Shown: positions 6,836-14,612 of the stretch, one piece after another
How the letters are laid out: every line of letters starts with the position of its first letter
Position numbering within the stretch: position 1 is the stretch's first letter
Source of the DNA: a virus
Length of the DNA: 59,130 bases
Strand: one strand, 5' to 3'
IMG/VR virus record: IMGVR_UViG_3300024581_000422
Coordinates: 1 to 59,130 of that record
The notes under the pieces: model-generated
Database searches by the model: none
Told to the model about the DNA's origin: nothing
Seen by the model: only the letters and a program-made list of their open reading frames with translations
Translations under genes and position numbers: made by a program

Positions 6836-7903
6836 ATGTGTGTAATTATAATAAAACAACAAGACAAGATAGTATCATATGATACATTAAAGAATTCAGC
6901 AAGATTAAATCCTCATGGCTTGGGGATTGTGTGGCTTGACACATTTGATGTCACGTATCACAAGTCAAATGAGTATGCGATATTGGATACAGACAGACCA
7001 TACATCGCACACTTTAGATATGCTACGATAGGTGTGGTAAGCAAGGCGAACACGCATCCCTTTGTGTGTGGTAGAAACACGGATGAGATGCTTATGATGA
7101 ATGGTACAATACGAGGGTATGGGACCAAGCTAATGACAGACACAGAAGACTTGGCTATACAATTAGGCAAGATGCCAAGACACGAATGGAAATCATTCCT
7201 ATCTAAATTTGATGCGAGATTCGTATCTGTAAACCTACGGAATAAAACATTCCAAATATACAACAGACATCTGTACACACTCGTGGATGGGGTATGGTAT
7301 TCAAAGACCAATGTACTACAGGAGAATGTGGTTGCGGTGTATGGCACACTAAAGAAAGGATTCAATAACTACAATCACTATCTTACATCATCTACGTATG
7401 TGGGTAGAGGTAAGACACAGGACAGGTATCCGTTAATAGTGAAAGGATTGCCATACCTAATCGAGAAGAAAGGACAGGGGACCAATGTGATTGTAGATGT
7501 ATTCAAGGTATCTGATGGAGTAATGAATAACTTGGATGCGCTTGAAGGTCATCCCAATTGGTACATACGCAAACAGATACCAATCAATATAGGTGGGAAG
7601 ACTATCATAGCTTGGATATATTTCAATCCTTCAGCAGAGGAAGATTGGAATGGACGCAATCACGTGGAGAGCTACGAGCAATACAATCTTTGGAAGTATC
7701 GTGGGTATGAAGATATGATGGGAGAAGAACAAGAAGAAGATAACACGTGCGCTCAGCATGAACTATTCGACACAGAAGAAGATGGCGACGGTGTATGTGT
7801 GTATTGCAGTCACGACCTACAGCACGATGGATTTCAGAACTATTACTGTTCAGCGTGTGATAGTTGGTTTATTGAGAATGATGTAAATGTATTAAAGAGA
7901 TGA
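6836..7903 (+). CDS. Fusion: Ntn (class II) glutamine-amidotransferase-like domain + gamma-glutamyl cyclotransferase (AIG2/GGCT-like) domain + C-terminal zinc ribbon
   Basis: Start reset to the ATG giving Met-Cys (MCVIII...). GATase motifs: NPHGLGIVW, HFRYATIG..NTHPF, MMNGTI. GGCT motifs: VAVYGTLKKG...LDALEGHPNWY. Zinc ribbon: CVYC...CSAC. Confidence 0.7.
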   Translation: MCVIIIKQQDKIVSYDTLKNSARLNPHGLGIVWLDTFDVTYHKSNEYAILDTDRPYIAHFRYATIGVVSKANTHPFVCGRNTDEMLMMNGTIRGYGTKLMTDTEDLAIQLGKMPRHEWKSFLSKFDARFVSVNLRNKTFQIYNRHLYTLVDGVWYSKTNVLQENVVAVYGTLKKGFNNYNHYLTSSTYVGRGKTQDRYPLIVKGLPYLIEKKGQGTNVIVDVFKVSDGVMNNLDALEGHPNWYIRKQIPINIGGKTIIAWIYFNPSAEEDWNGRNHVESYEQYNLWKYRGYEDMMGEEQEEDNTCAQHELFDTEEDGDGVCVYCSHDLQHDGFQNYYCSACDSWFIENDVNVLKR

Positions 7904-8145
7904 GTATGCTACAGGATATAATAGATAACTACTACGAGTATGACTTTCTAATCGCAGATGGATTTAACGATGCGATTATTGGGGTGGATGAGACATCTAT
8001 GCGATTGATTTATTCTGTAAGAAAATGTTTGGAGATATTACAGGAGTATCTTGACGAAGAGGATGCCATAGAATACTTTGAATACAATGTGAGTGGTGCA
8101 TGGATGGGAGAACAGACACCAATATGGTGCTACGATAACTTTTAA
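7900..8145 (+). CDS. Hypothetical acidic protein (81 aa)
   Basis: ORF track. ATGA overlap with 6836..7903. Confidence 0.6.
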   Translation: MSMLQDIIDNYYEYDFLIADGFNDAIIGVDETSMRLIYSVRKCLEILQEYLDEEDAIEYFEYNVSGAWMGEQTPIWCYDNF

Positions 8146-8156
8146 AAAATAAAATT

Positions 8157-8318
8157 ATGAGACAGATAATAACAAGCTATGAATGCCCTCCGATACCATC
8201 GAGAGACTACGATTGGTCAGCAGCGAGAGAAGATTGGGATGAGGGTGACTGCATTGGATATGGTAGGACAGAACAGGATGCCATAGATGATTTAATTGAA
8301 CAAGAATTTTTAAAATAA
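8157..8318 (+). CDS. Hypothetical protein (53 aa, below cutoff)
   Basis: Hand-translated: MRQIITSYECPPIPSRDYDWSAAREDWDEGDCIGYGRTEQDAIDDLIEQEFLK*. Replaces the antisense track ORF 8155..8382. Confidence 0.5.
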   Translation: MRQIITSYECPPIPSRDYDWSAAREDWDEGDCIGYGRTEQDAIDDLIEQEFLK

Positions 8319-8324
8319 AAAGAT

Positions 8325-8471
8325 ATGAATGACGAAGGATTAATCGGTGGGGTGTGTGCCTATTTAGGTAGGAATACACCACTACCTATTTGGATTTGGA
8401 GAGTATTGTTTGTGGTGATGCCCGCAAGCTCATTAGTTTACCTGATAATATGGGCACTGATAGATGTTTAG
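8325..8471 (+). CDS. PspC-domain-like mini membrane protein (48 aa)
   Basis: Hand-translated: MNDEGLIGGVCAYLGRNTPLPIWIWRVLFVVMPASSLVYLIIWALIDV*. It has the G(G)VC..L......R..F......Y...W pattern of PspC domains. Confidence 0.5.
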   Translation: MNDEGLIGGVCAYLGRNTPLPIWIWRVLFVVMPASSLVYLIIWALIDV

Positions 8472-8826
8472 GATTAGCACAAGACTTGCGATACTACTGA
8501 AGAGTATTGTCATCAAGATACCATTGGAGCATAAAGGTATGCTTCAAGGTATTAACGAGAAGATGATATGGAAGAAGTATAAAGATGTTGCCCCATTAGC
8601 TGAACTGAAGTGGGAATTCTTAGGGATAATAATCCAAAAGAGATACACTCATGTAGGCCACATCCCTATGGAAGAGGTGGACAGAGTCAAGACTATTATC
8701 CCTGAGTTTCAGTTTGAGAATGGTGACCTGTGGAACTACGAGAATTGGGGTATGGATGAGCAAGGAAACTACATCTTACTTGACTATGGAAACTCTGAGT
8801 ATGTAGCGAGTCTGTATAAAAAATAA
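8464..8826 (+). CDS. Hypothetical protein (120 aa) with protein-kinase-like motif remnants
   Basis: ORF track. VIKIP ... INEKMIW ... GDLWNYENWG ... ILLDYG resembles the VAIK / alphaC-Glu / catalytic-loop / DFG order, but the protein is far too short for a full kinase. Confidence 0.55.
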   Translation: MFRISTRLAILLKSIVIKIPLEHKGMLQGINEKMIWKKYKDVAPLAELKWEFLGIIIQKRYTHVGHIPMEEVDRVKTIIPEFQFENGDLWNYENWGMDEQGNYILLDYGNSEYVASLYKK

Positions 8827-8987
8827 AAGATATGAAACAGATAGACAGATGGCTGATAGCCTTATACATCATTATGATTTATATGACGTATGAAATTAAC
8901 AGATTAATAGATGGAAATCTTTTCCAATAAAATTTGGTAATCCCAAATATTAATACTATTTTTAAACTTAAATTAAACTTTATTAAA

Positions 8988-9335
8988 ATGAAATCAATTT
9001 ATTTACGAGAAGCTAACTCAGAAAAAATGCGGGTACATTCAGAGAAGGGGTACATTAATAGGATGCAACAATTTGCAGACAGGGATGAGCCATTCACATT
9101 CAGTCTCTTTAAAGAGACAGGCAGACTACACTCACAAACCGATTTCCACAATACATATGATGCAGAAGTGCCTAAGGACTGCACCAATGTGATGGTATAC
9201 TTTGGTGGGGCACACATCTATCTACTATCGGATGGCACATGGCAGATTCCTAATGAGGATATGCGTGTGACAACAGACAGGATAGAAGAACTTGAACAGA
9301 TATTATATAACAAAACAAAAAACAATTTAAAATGA
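8988..9335 (+). CDS. Hypothetical protein (115 aa)
   Basis: Internal ATG of ORF 8934..9335 behind an AT-rich leader. Contains an in-frame copy of the palindrome (9103..9118). Confidence 0.6.
   Translation: MKSIYLREANSEKMRVHSEKGYINRMQQFADRDEPFTFSLFKETGRLHSQTDFHNTYDAEVPKDCTNVMVYFGGAHIYLLSDGTWQIPNEDMRVTTDRIEELEQILYNKTKNNLK
9103..9118. repeat. Perfect 16-bp palindrome gtctctttaaagagac (intragenic copy)
   Basis: Read directly. Encodes ..SLFKET... Confidence 0.9.
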
Positions 9336-9619
9336 AAAAGAATGTATTCAATGAATACGTTGACAAGGTAGTTGACCTATTCAATTTAAAAAAAGACATC
9401 CTATTTATCAAGTCAAAACGTAAGGATATAGTGGACGCAAGACATCTACTATACTACCTGTGCTATGAACGTAATATGCAGATACGATACATACAAGAGT
9501 ACATGGCAGACAATGGATACGAGATAGGACACTCGTCTATTATCTACGGAATATCTCAGGTGAAGTATAAGATAGAAGAAGATGCAGACTACCAAACTAT
9601 ATGTAATGAAATCGCATAG
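9332..9619 (+). CDS. DnaA C-terminal (domain IV)-like helix-turn-helix protein (95 aa)
   Basis: KSKRKDIVDARHLLYYLCYE...IQEYMADNGYEIGHSSIIYGISQVKYKIEED matches the R..vv.aR..a.YL...l....I......dHstV..a pattern of DnaA domain IV. Confidence 0.55.
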   Translation: MKKNVFNEYVDKVVDLFNLKKDILFIKSKRKDIVDARHLLYYLCYERNMQIRYIQEYMADNGYEIGHSSIIYGISQVKYKIEEDADYQTICNEIA

Positions 9620-9638
9620 GTATACACTACAGGACATA

Positions 9639-10046
9639 ATGTCTCAGGCAAAACAAGATTCATACACAGCTATATTAGATGGCAATGGATATGAAGCACG
9701 AGCATTGTATGGCTGTAAAATATCAATGGATTTAAAAACATATGAGGTGCAATTACAGAACACTGCACGAGGTGGCAATTGGTATATCCCACTAACAGAA
9801 AAAGAAATAAATATTTTTTTGGAAAATGGTTGGAGAATTGGAATATATACATTATCTTTGTCTAACTATCGTACAAAACTAAATAGCATCGAGTCTTTTA
9901 TTAAGAGAGAGATGAACGGAAAAAAGAATCCAAAGCAGATACGAAAGTTAAAGACATCGAGAGAACGAGTATTAGAAAACTATTCAAATATTATTAAAAA
10001 ATTAAATCAAATTAAAAATGGAAAAGTTAAAGACAGTAAACATTAA
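9639..10046 (+). CDS. Hypothetical protein (135 aa; alternative start 9606)
   Basis: ORF track frame. ATG 9639 follows the stop of 9332..9619. Confidence 0.55.
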   Translation: MSQAKQDSYTAILDGNGYEARALYGCKISMDLKTYEVQLQNTARGGNWYIPLTEKEINIFLENGWRIGIYTLSLSNYRTKLNSIESFIKREMNGKKNPKQIRKLKTSRERVLENYSNIIKKLNQIKNGKVKDSKH

Positions 10047-10539
10047 AGGCAAAGAGTATGTAGAAGTAAACGAGAGACTCATATACTTCAGAAAGCACTA
10101 TCCTAAATACTCTTTAGTATCTCAGGTATTAGACAAGACAGATAACTCTATATGTATCCTTGCGCGTATAGGTGACGAGAGTGGACACGTCATTGCTACA
10201 GGGATAGCAGAAGAGGAGAAGGGTAGCACATTCATTAACAAGACATCTTACGTAGAGAACTGCGAGACAAGTGCATGGGGTAGAGCATTGGCTAACTTCG
10301 GCATCGGACTTGACACATCTGTGGCATCAGCAAACGAGGTGATAAATGCCATATCAAATCAAGATAAACCAAAAGAATACACGAAGGTTAAATTGAATAT
10401 TGGAGACGACAATTGGGGCAAGGTGCTAAGGTATGTGGCTGCTAACAAAAGCAAGGGTCTAAAGGAGATTGTAGAGACACTTGAAAGTAAGTATAGCATC
10501 ACTGCAAACATTAAAAAAGAACTTAAAAAATTAATCTAA
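10018..10539 (+). CDS. Putative single-strand annealing / recombination protein (family unresolved)
   Basis: Sits directly upstream of, and translationally coupled to, a RecB-family exonuclease. Conserved-looking core: VENCETSAWGRALANFGIG..SVASANEV. Confidence 0.4.
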   Translation: MEKLKTVNIKGKEYVEVNERLIYFRKHYPKYSLVSQVLDKTDNSICILARIGDESGHVIATGIAEEEKGSTFINKTSYVENCETSAWGRALANFGIGLDTSVASANEVINAISNQDKPKEYTKVKLNIGDDNWGKVLRYVAANKSKGLKEIVETLESKYSITANIKKELKKLI

Positions 10540-11300
10540 TGGACACGACACACAATGACATCATCCAAAAGCTAAGGGATGATGATGAATACTACAATGG
10601 CATAGGCAGAAAGTATCTGTCTAACTCAGATATAGGTACACTACTGAAGAACCCAAGAGAGTTTGGTAACAGACAGCCCGACACAAAAGAGTTTGCGATG
10701 GGAAGATATTTCCATCAGCTTTTCTTAGAGCCTGAGAAGGCTAAAGAGTGGGACTTCGTAGATGTATCATCACGAAACACGAAGGCATACAAAGATTACC
10801 TTAAGGAGTTAAGCAGTGGATACACGAGACCACGTGACTTTGCATTACTAAAAAAAGAAAAAGAAAATGTAGAGATGTGGGTGAATGCCATGCAATCTAA
10901 TCTTGATTTCTTTGACATGATTAATGCAGAGACCAATCGATATGAGGTGCCATCCGTACAGGAGATATGCGGAGAGATGTGGAAAGGTAAGGCAGATATT
11001 GTAGGCAAGGATTACGTGTATGACCTGAAGACCACAGGGAATCTAAATGAATTCAAGTGGAATGCAAGGAAATATAACTACGATAGTCAGGCATACATAT
11101 ACTCCACACTATTTGGAAAGCCTATGATGTTCTTGGTTGTAGACAAAAGCAGTCATATGCTTGGCAAGTTTGTCGTAAGTGAAGACAGCTTAGAGCGTGG
11201 CAGGTCAAAGGTAGAACGAGCGGTAGAGGTATATCGTAAATTCTTTGGAGACAATCCAACAGAAGACATAAACCAATACTACTATGAAGATGAAATTTAA
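10539..11300 (+). CDS. PD-(D/E)xK exonuclease, RecB/YqaJ-like
   Basis: GKADIVGKDYVYDLKTT (D..D.K core), then YDSQAYIY (QxxxY motif of the RecB nuclease family). Confidence 0.7.
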   Translation: MDTTHNDIIQKLRDDDEYYNGIGRKYLSNSDIGTLLKNPREFGNRQPDTKEFAMGRYFHQLFLEPEKAKEWDFVDVSSRNTKAYKDYLKELSSGYTRPRDFALLKKEKENVEMWVNAMQSNLDFFDMINAETNRYEVPSVQEICGEMWKGKADIVGKDYVYDLKTTGNLNEFKWNARKYNYDSQAYIYSTLFGKPMMFLVVDKSSHMLGKFVVSEDSLERGRSKVERAVEVYRKFFGDNPTEDINQYYYEDEI

Positions 11301-11310
11301 AAATGCATTT

Positions 11311-11326
11311 GTCTCTTTGAAGAGAC
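11311..11326. repeat. Perfect 16-bp palindrome gtctctttgaagagac
   Basis: Read directly, 10 nt after the exonuclease stop. Confidence 0.9.
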
Positions 11327-11328
11327 TT

Positions 11329-11451
11329 ATGACAAGAAGAGAACGAGTTATCGCATTGGATGTTCCAAGGCAGTGCGATACTCGTGCCGAGAAGATGCGA
11401 ATCATCAAGGCAACGGAAAAATTTTTGGAACATAATATTTTAATCAATTAA
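11329..11451 (+). CDS. Hypothetical protein (40 aa)
   Basis: Hand-translated: MTRRERVIALDVPRQCDTRAEKMRIIKATEKFLEHNILIN*. Fills the gap exactly between the palindrome and 11454. Confidence 0.35.
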   Translation: MTRRERVIALDVPRQCDTRAEKMRIIKATEKFLEHNILIN

Positions 11452-11453
11452 TT

Positions 11454-11723
11454 ATGGCGTATGCTAAGAATGATGAGAAAGTTTTTGCCGAAGGTTTCTC
11501 ATTTAAAAGACAAGACAATGCTCCTGACTTCGTAGTTGGGAGACTATCGGTAAAATGTGATGAAGCTATTCAGTTTATGAAAGAGCATCAGAGCAATGGG
11601 TGGCTTAACCTAAATATCAAGTATGCCAAGAGTGGCAATCCATACGTGGAGCTTGATACATGGAAGCCTTCAGGTGAAAAAGAATCTCAATCAATGCAGA
11701 CAGCAGAAGACCTTCCGTTCTAA
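11454..11723 (+). CDS. Putative ssDNA-binding protein with SSB-type acidic C-terminal tip (..AEDLPF)
   Basis: Sits in the recombination/replication module. The C-terminus mimics the bacterial SSB D-D-D-I-P-F tip. Confidence 0.45.
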   Translation: MAYAKNDEKVFAEGFSFKRQDNAPDFVVGRLSVKCDEAIQFMKEHQSNGWLNLNIKYAKSGNPYVELDTWKPSGEKESQSMQTAEDLPF

Positions 11724-11745
11724 CCCAACAGAAGAATGATTCTAT

Positions 11746-11776
11746 GGGGGAGTGTAATATGCTCCCCCTTTTTTTC
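11746..11776 (+). terminator. Rho-independent terminator
   Basis: GGGGGAG - tgtaatat(g) - CTCCCCC followed by T7. Confidence 0.8.
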
Positions 11777-11779
11777 CGA

Positions 11780-11950
11780 TGTATGAATGCTGACTTTGAA
11801 AAATATATATACACTATACTACTACTACTATTATATATTTTTTTTTATTTCCTATATGATAGAAAAAAGTTAACATAGTCGACAACTCACTGATAATCAA
11901 GAACAAACTCAACACAAACTCAACACAAACACAACACAAAATTAAATATC
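11780..11950. promoter_or_regulatory. AT-rich control region upstream of the primase (candidate promoter/origin)
   Basis: Contains tatactactactac (11815..11828), tgataatcaa (11891..11900) and tandem aaactcaacac x2 (11905..11926). The same words recur at the genome-end region (58947..58960, 6..15, 54..63). Confidence 0.4.
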
Positions 11951-14362
11951 ATGACATCAACAGTAACAATATTCAAGAACATTAAGGAGACAGATGCTCC
12001 ATTCCACAGAGAGGTAGAGCATATATTAGAGCGTATCAAGAATGGTACATCAAAAGATTTAGTTAAGCGCATTAGGACAGAACAGAAGAAGTCTGAGCGT
12101 AATGAACTAAAGAAACTTCTACCCGCCATATGTTTTAGTGGCATCTTCACAAAGCGTAACGACAATTCTATACAACAACACTCAGGTCTGATATGCTTGG
12201 ACTTCGATGGATATGAGAAGAACAGAGAGCTACTACAAGACAAAGAGAATATAACCAAGTCACCATACACATATTCAGTATTCATCTCGCCAAGTGGTAT
12301 GGGTCTAAAGGTATTGGTTAAGATACCACAGGATGTAGACAATCACGTGAACTATTTCAATAGCTTAGAGAAGCACTACAACAATCCAAAGTTTGATGTG
12401 ACCTGTAAGAATGTGTCTCGTGTATGCTACGAGTCGTATGACCCGCTTATCTACATCAACGAGAACTCATCTGTATGGGACAAGATAGAAGAGAGAACAT
12501 ACCAAGAGAAACATCAGTACAGAGATGCGCCTACAATACCAATCACAGATGAGAATAAGATTGTAGAGATATTAATCAAGTGGTGGACGAAGAAGTATCC
12601 TATGGATGAAGGACAGCGAAATAATAACTGCTACATACTTGCCGCTGCATTCAATGACTTTGGTGTGAACAAGTCATTGGCGGGATATGTACTATCGAAT
12701 TACAGGACAGAGGACTTTACTGAAGCAGAGATTAACAGGACGATAGACTCAGCATATGCCAACACACAAAACTTTGGTACGAAATACTACGAAGATGAGG
12801 AGCGTGTGCAGAACCTGAAGATTAAACTAAAGCGTGGTGCATCAAAGAAAGAGATACGTTCACAGCTACAGGACTCACACATAGAAGAAGAGGTGATAGA
12901 TGCTGTGCTGACACGTATCGATGAAGAGTCTCAGGGGATACAGTTTTGGACAAAGAATGATAAGGGTGTCATCAAGGTGATACACGTATTATTCAAACAG
13001 TTTTTAGAAGACAATGGATTCTATAAGTATTGCCCTGAGGGTAGCAAGAACTATGTATTCGTGAAGGTGACAAACAATCTAATAGACCACACGGACGAGA
13101 AGGAGATAAAAGATTTTGTTCTCAACTACCTTATAGAATTAGATGACTTAAGTATATACAACTATTTTGCAGACATGACACGATTCTTTAGAGAAGAGTT
13201 TCTTACACTGCTGTCTACCATAGACATCTATTTCATAGAAGACTCAAAGGATACATCATATCTATACTACAGGAACTGTGCTGTGAAGATTACAAAAAAT
13301 GAGGTGACAATCATAGACTATATAGACCTTGGTGGATACGTATGGAAAGACCACGTCATAGACAGGAACTTTAGGATGTGTGATGCAGACACAGACTACA
13401 GGACATTCATCCATAACATATGCAAACATGAAGAGGATAGGATAGAGTCGATGCAGTCTACTATAGGATTCCTTATGCACGGTCACAAGAACCTGTCGTT
13501 CTGTCCCGCTGTGATATTAAATGACGAGGTTATATCAGACAATCCTGAGGGTGGCACAGGCAAAGGTATCTTTATGAATGCACTCAGTCAGATGAAGAAG
13601 GTCGTGACCATAGATGGAAAGTCATTTACATTCGAGCGGTCATTTGCATATCAACTTGTATCGGCAGATACACAGATACTTGTATTCGATGATGTGAAGA
13701 AACACTTTGACTTCGAGAGGTTGTTCAGCGTGGTGACAGAAGGTCTCACATTAGAAAAGAAAAACAAAGATGCAATCAAGATACCATTCAGCAAGTCACC
13801 GAAGATAGCTATCACAACTAACTATGCTATCAAAGGTAGTGGCAACTCGTTTGCGAGACGTAAATGGGAGCTTGAGTTACACCAACACTACAGCAAGAAC
13901 TTTACTCCGCTTGATGAGTTTAAGAAATTATTCTTTGGTGATTGGGATGATGATGATTGGTGTGCATTTGACAACTACATGATTGAATGTTTGAAAGGAT
14001 ACCTGAATACAGGATTGGTTGAAAGCAAGTTTGTTAACCTGAAGATTCGTCAGCTATCAGCAGAGACATCTCACGATTTCATTGAGTGGTGCGGTCTTAT
14101 CAATGGCAGTCAGTTTAATCCAATGCTTGAACCTAACAGAAAAATATCTCTGTCGTCAGCATACCTTGAGTTTGTCGAGCAGTATCCTGACTATGCGCCA
14201 AAGGCTAAGCTTACGATAAGTAGGATTAGATTCAACAAGTGGATGCATTCATATGCAGTCTATGTGTCAGGCGTGTCGCCTCAGGAGGGTAGAGATTCAA
14301 GTGGCAGATGGATGATAATACAGCCGCCTGCAGAACCTGTACAGACAACATTAGATATATAG
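11951..14362 (+). CDS. Primase-helicase: N-terminal AEP-type primase (BT4734/VirE_N-like) fused to a P-loop (SF3/D5-like) NTPase
   Basis: GLICLDFDGY (DxD), SPSGMGLKVLVKIP, Walker A NPEGGTGKGIF, Walker B ILVFDDV. Confidence 0.8.
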   Translation: MTSTVTIFKNIKETDAPFHREVEHILERIKNGTSKDLVKRIRTEQKKSERNELKKLLPAICFSGIFTKRNDNSIQQHSGLICLDFDGYEKNRELLQDKENITKSPYTYSVFISPSGMGLKVLVKIPQDVDNHVNYFNSLEKHYNNPKFDVTCKNVSRVCYESYDPLIYINENSSVWDKIEERTYQEKHQYRDAPTIPITDENKIVEILIKWWTKKYPMDEGQRNNNCYILAAAFNDFGVNKSLAGYVLSNYRTEDFTEAEINRTIDSAYANTQNFGTKYYEDEERVQNLKIKLKRGASKKEIRSQLQDSHIEEEVIDAVLTRIDEESQGIQFWTKNDKGVIKVIHVLFKQFLEDNGFYKYCPEGSKNYVFVKVTNNLIDHTDEKEIKDFVLNYLIELDDLSIYNYFADMTRFFREEFLTLLSTIDIYFIEDSKDTSYLYYRNCAVKITKNEVTIIDYIDLGGYVWKDHVIDRNFRMCDADTDYRTFIHNICKHEEDRIESMQSTIGFLMHGHKNLSFCPAVILNDEVISDNPEGGTGKGIFMNALSQMKKVVTIDGKSFTFERSFAYQLVSADTQILVFDDVKKHFDFERLFSVVTEGLTLEKKNKDAIKIPFSKSPKIAITTNYAIKGSGNSFARRKWELELHQHYSKNFTPLDEFKKLFFGDWDDDDWCAFDNYMIECLKGYLNTGLVESKFVNLKIRQLSAETSHDFIEWCGLINGSQFNPMLEPNRKISLSSAYLEFVEQYPDYAPKAKLTISRIRFNKWMHSYAVYVSGVSPQEGRDSSGRWMIIQPPAEPVQTTLDI

Positions 14363-14366
14363 AGAT

Positions 14367-14612
14367 ATGGCTGTACTTATTGAAAGTAATAGAGGATATA
14401 GTCCATGCCAACACCTTGATGAACTTAATAGGATGTATAGGGTCTTAACAAAGACAGTCAAGGTGAAGCATGGCAGAGGTAGGAACATACGATACACGGA
14501 GACATTAAAGTATAAGAACAGCAGTGATATTGTAGCACGAGAGAACTTAATTTACTCAATTAAAATATATGAAGAGAGATGTTTGAATTCAGAGAATACC
14601 AAAAGAAAATAA
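14367..14612 (+). CDS. Hypothetical basic protein (81 aa)
   Basis: ORF track. Tight spacing. Confidence 0.5.
   Translation: MAVLIESNRGYSPCQHLDELNRMYRVLTKTVKVKHGRGRNIRYTETLKYKNSSDIVARENLIYSIKIYEERCLNSENTKRK

Noticed and set aside
2294-7903. Known DNA hypermodification pathways (7-deazaguanine dpdA/queCDE, 5-hmdU kinase/aminoacyl-type thymidine hypermodification, glucosyl-hmC)
   Set aside because: I found none of the signature genes (tRNA-guanine-transglycosylase-like DpdA, QueC/D/E, FolE, dUMP/dCMP hydroxymethylase, P-loop hmU DNA kinase, glycosyltransferases). DNA as the target of the amidoligase system is therefore only a remote possibility, not a call.
8155-8382. 75-aa - strand ORF
   Set aside because: It is antisense to two well-packed + strand mini-genes (8157..8318 and 8325..8471), which have sensible start contexts and, for the second, a recognisable PspC-like pattern. 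It would be the only - strand gene in the early arm.
11122-11447. - strand ORFs 11122..11433 and 11205..11447
   Set aside because: They are antisense to the exonuclease 3' end, the palindrome and a small + strand ORF in a uniformly + strand arm, and they have no supporting signals.
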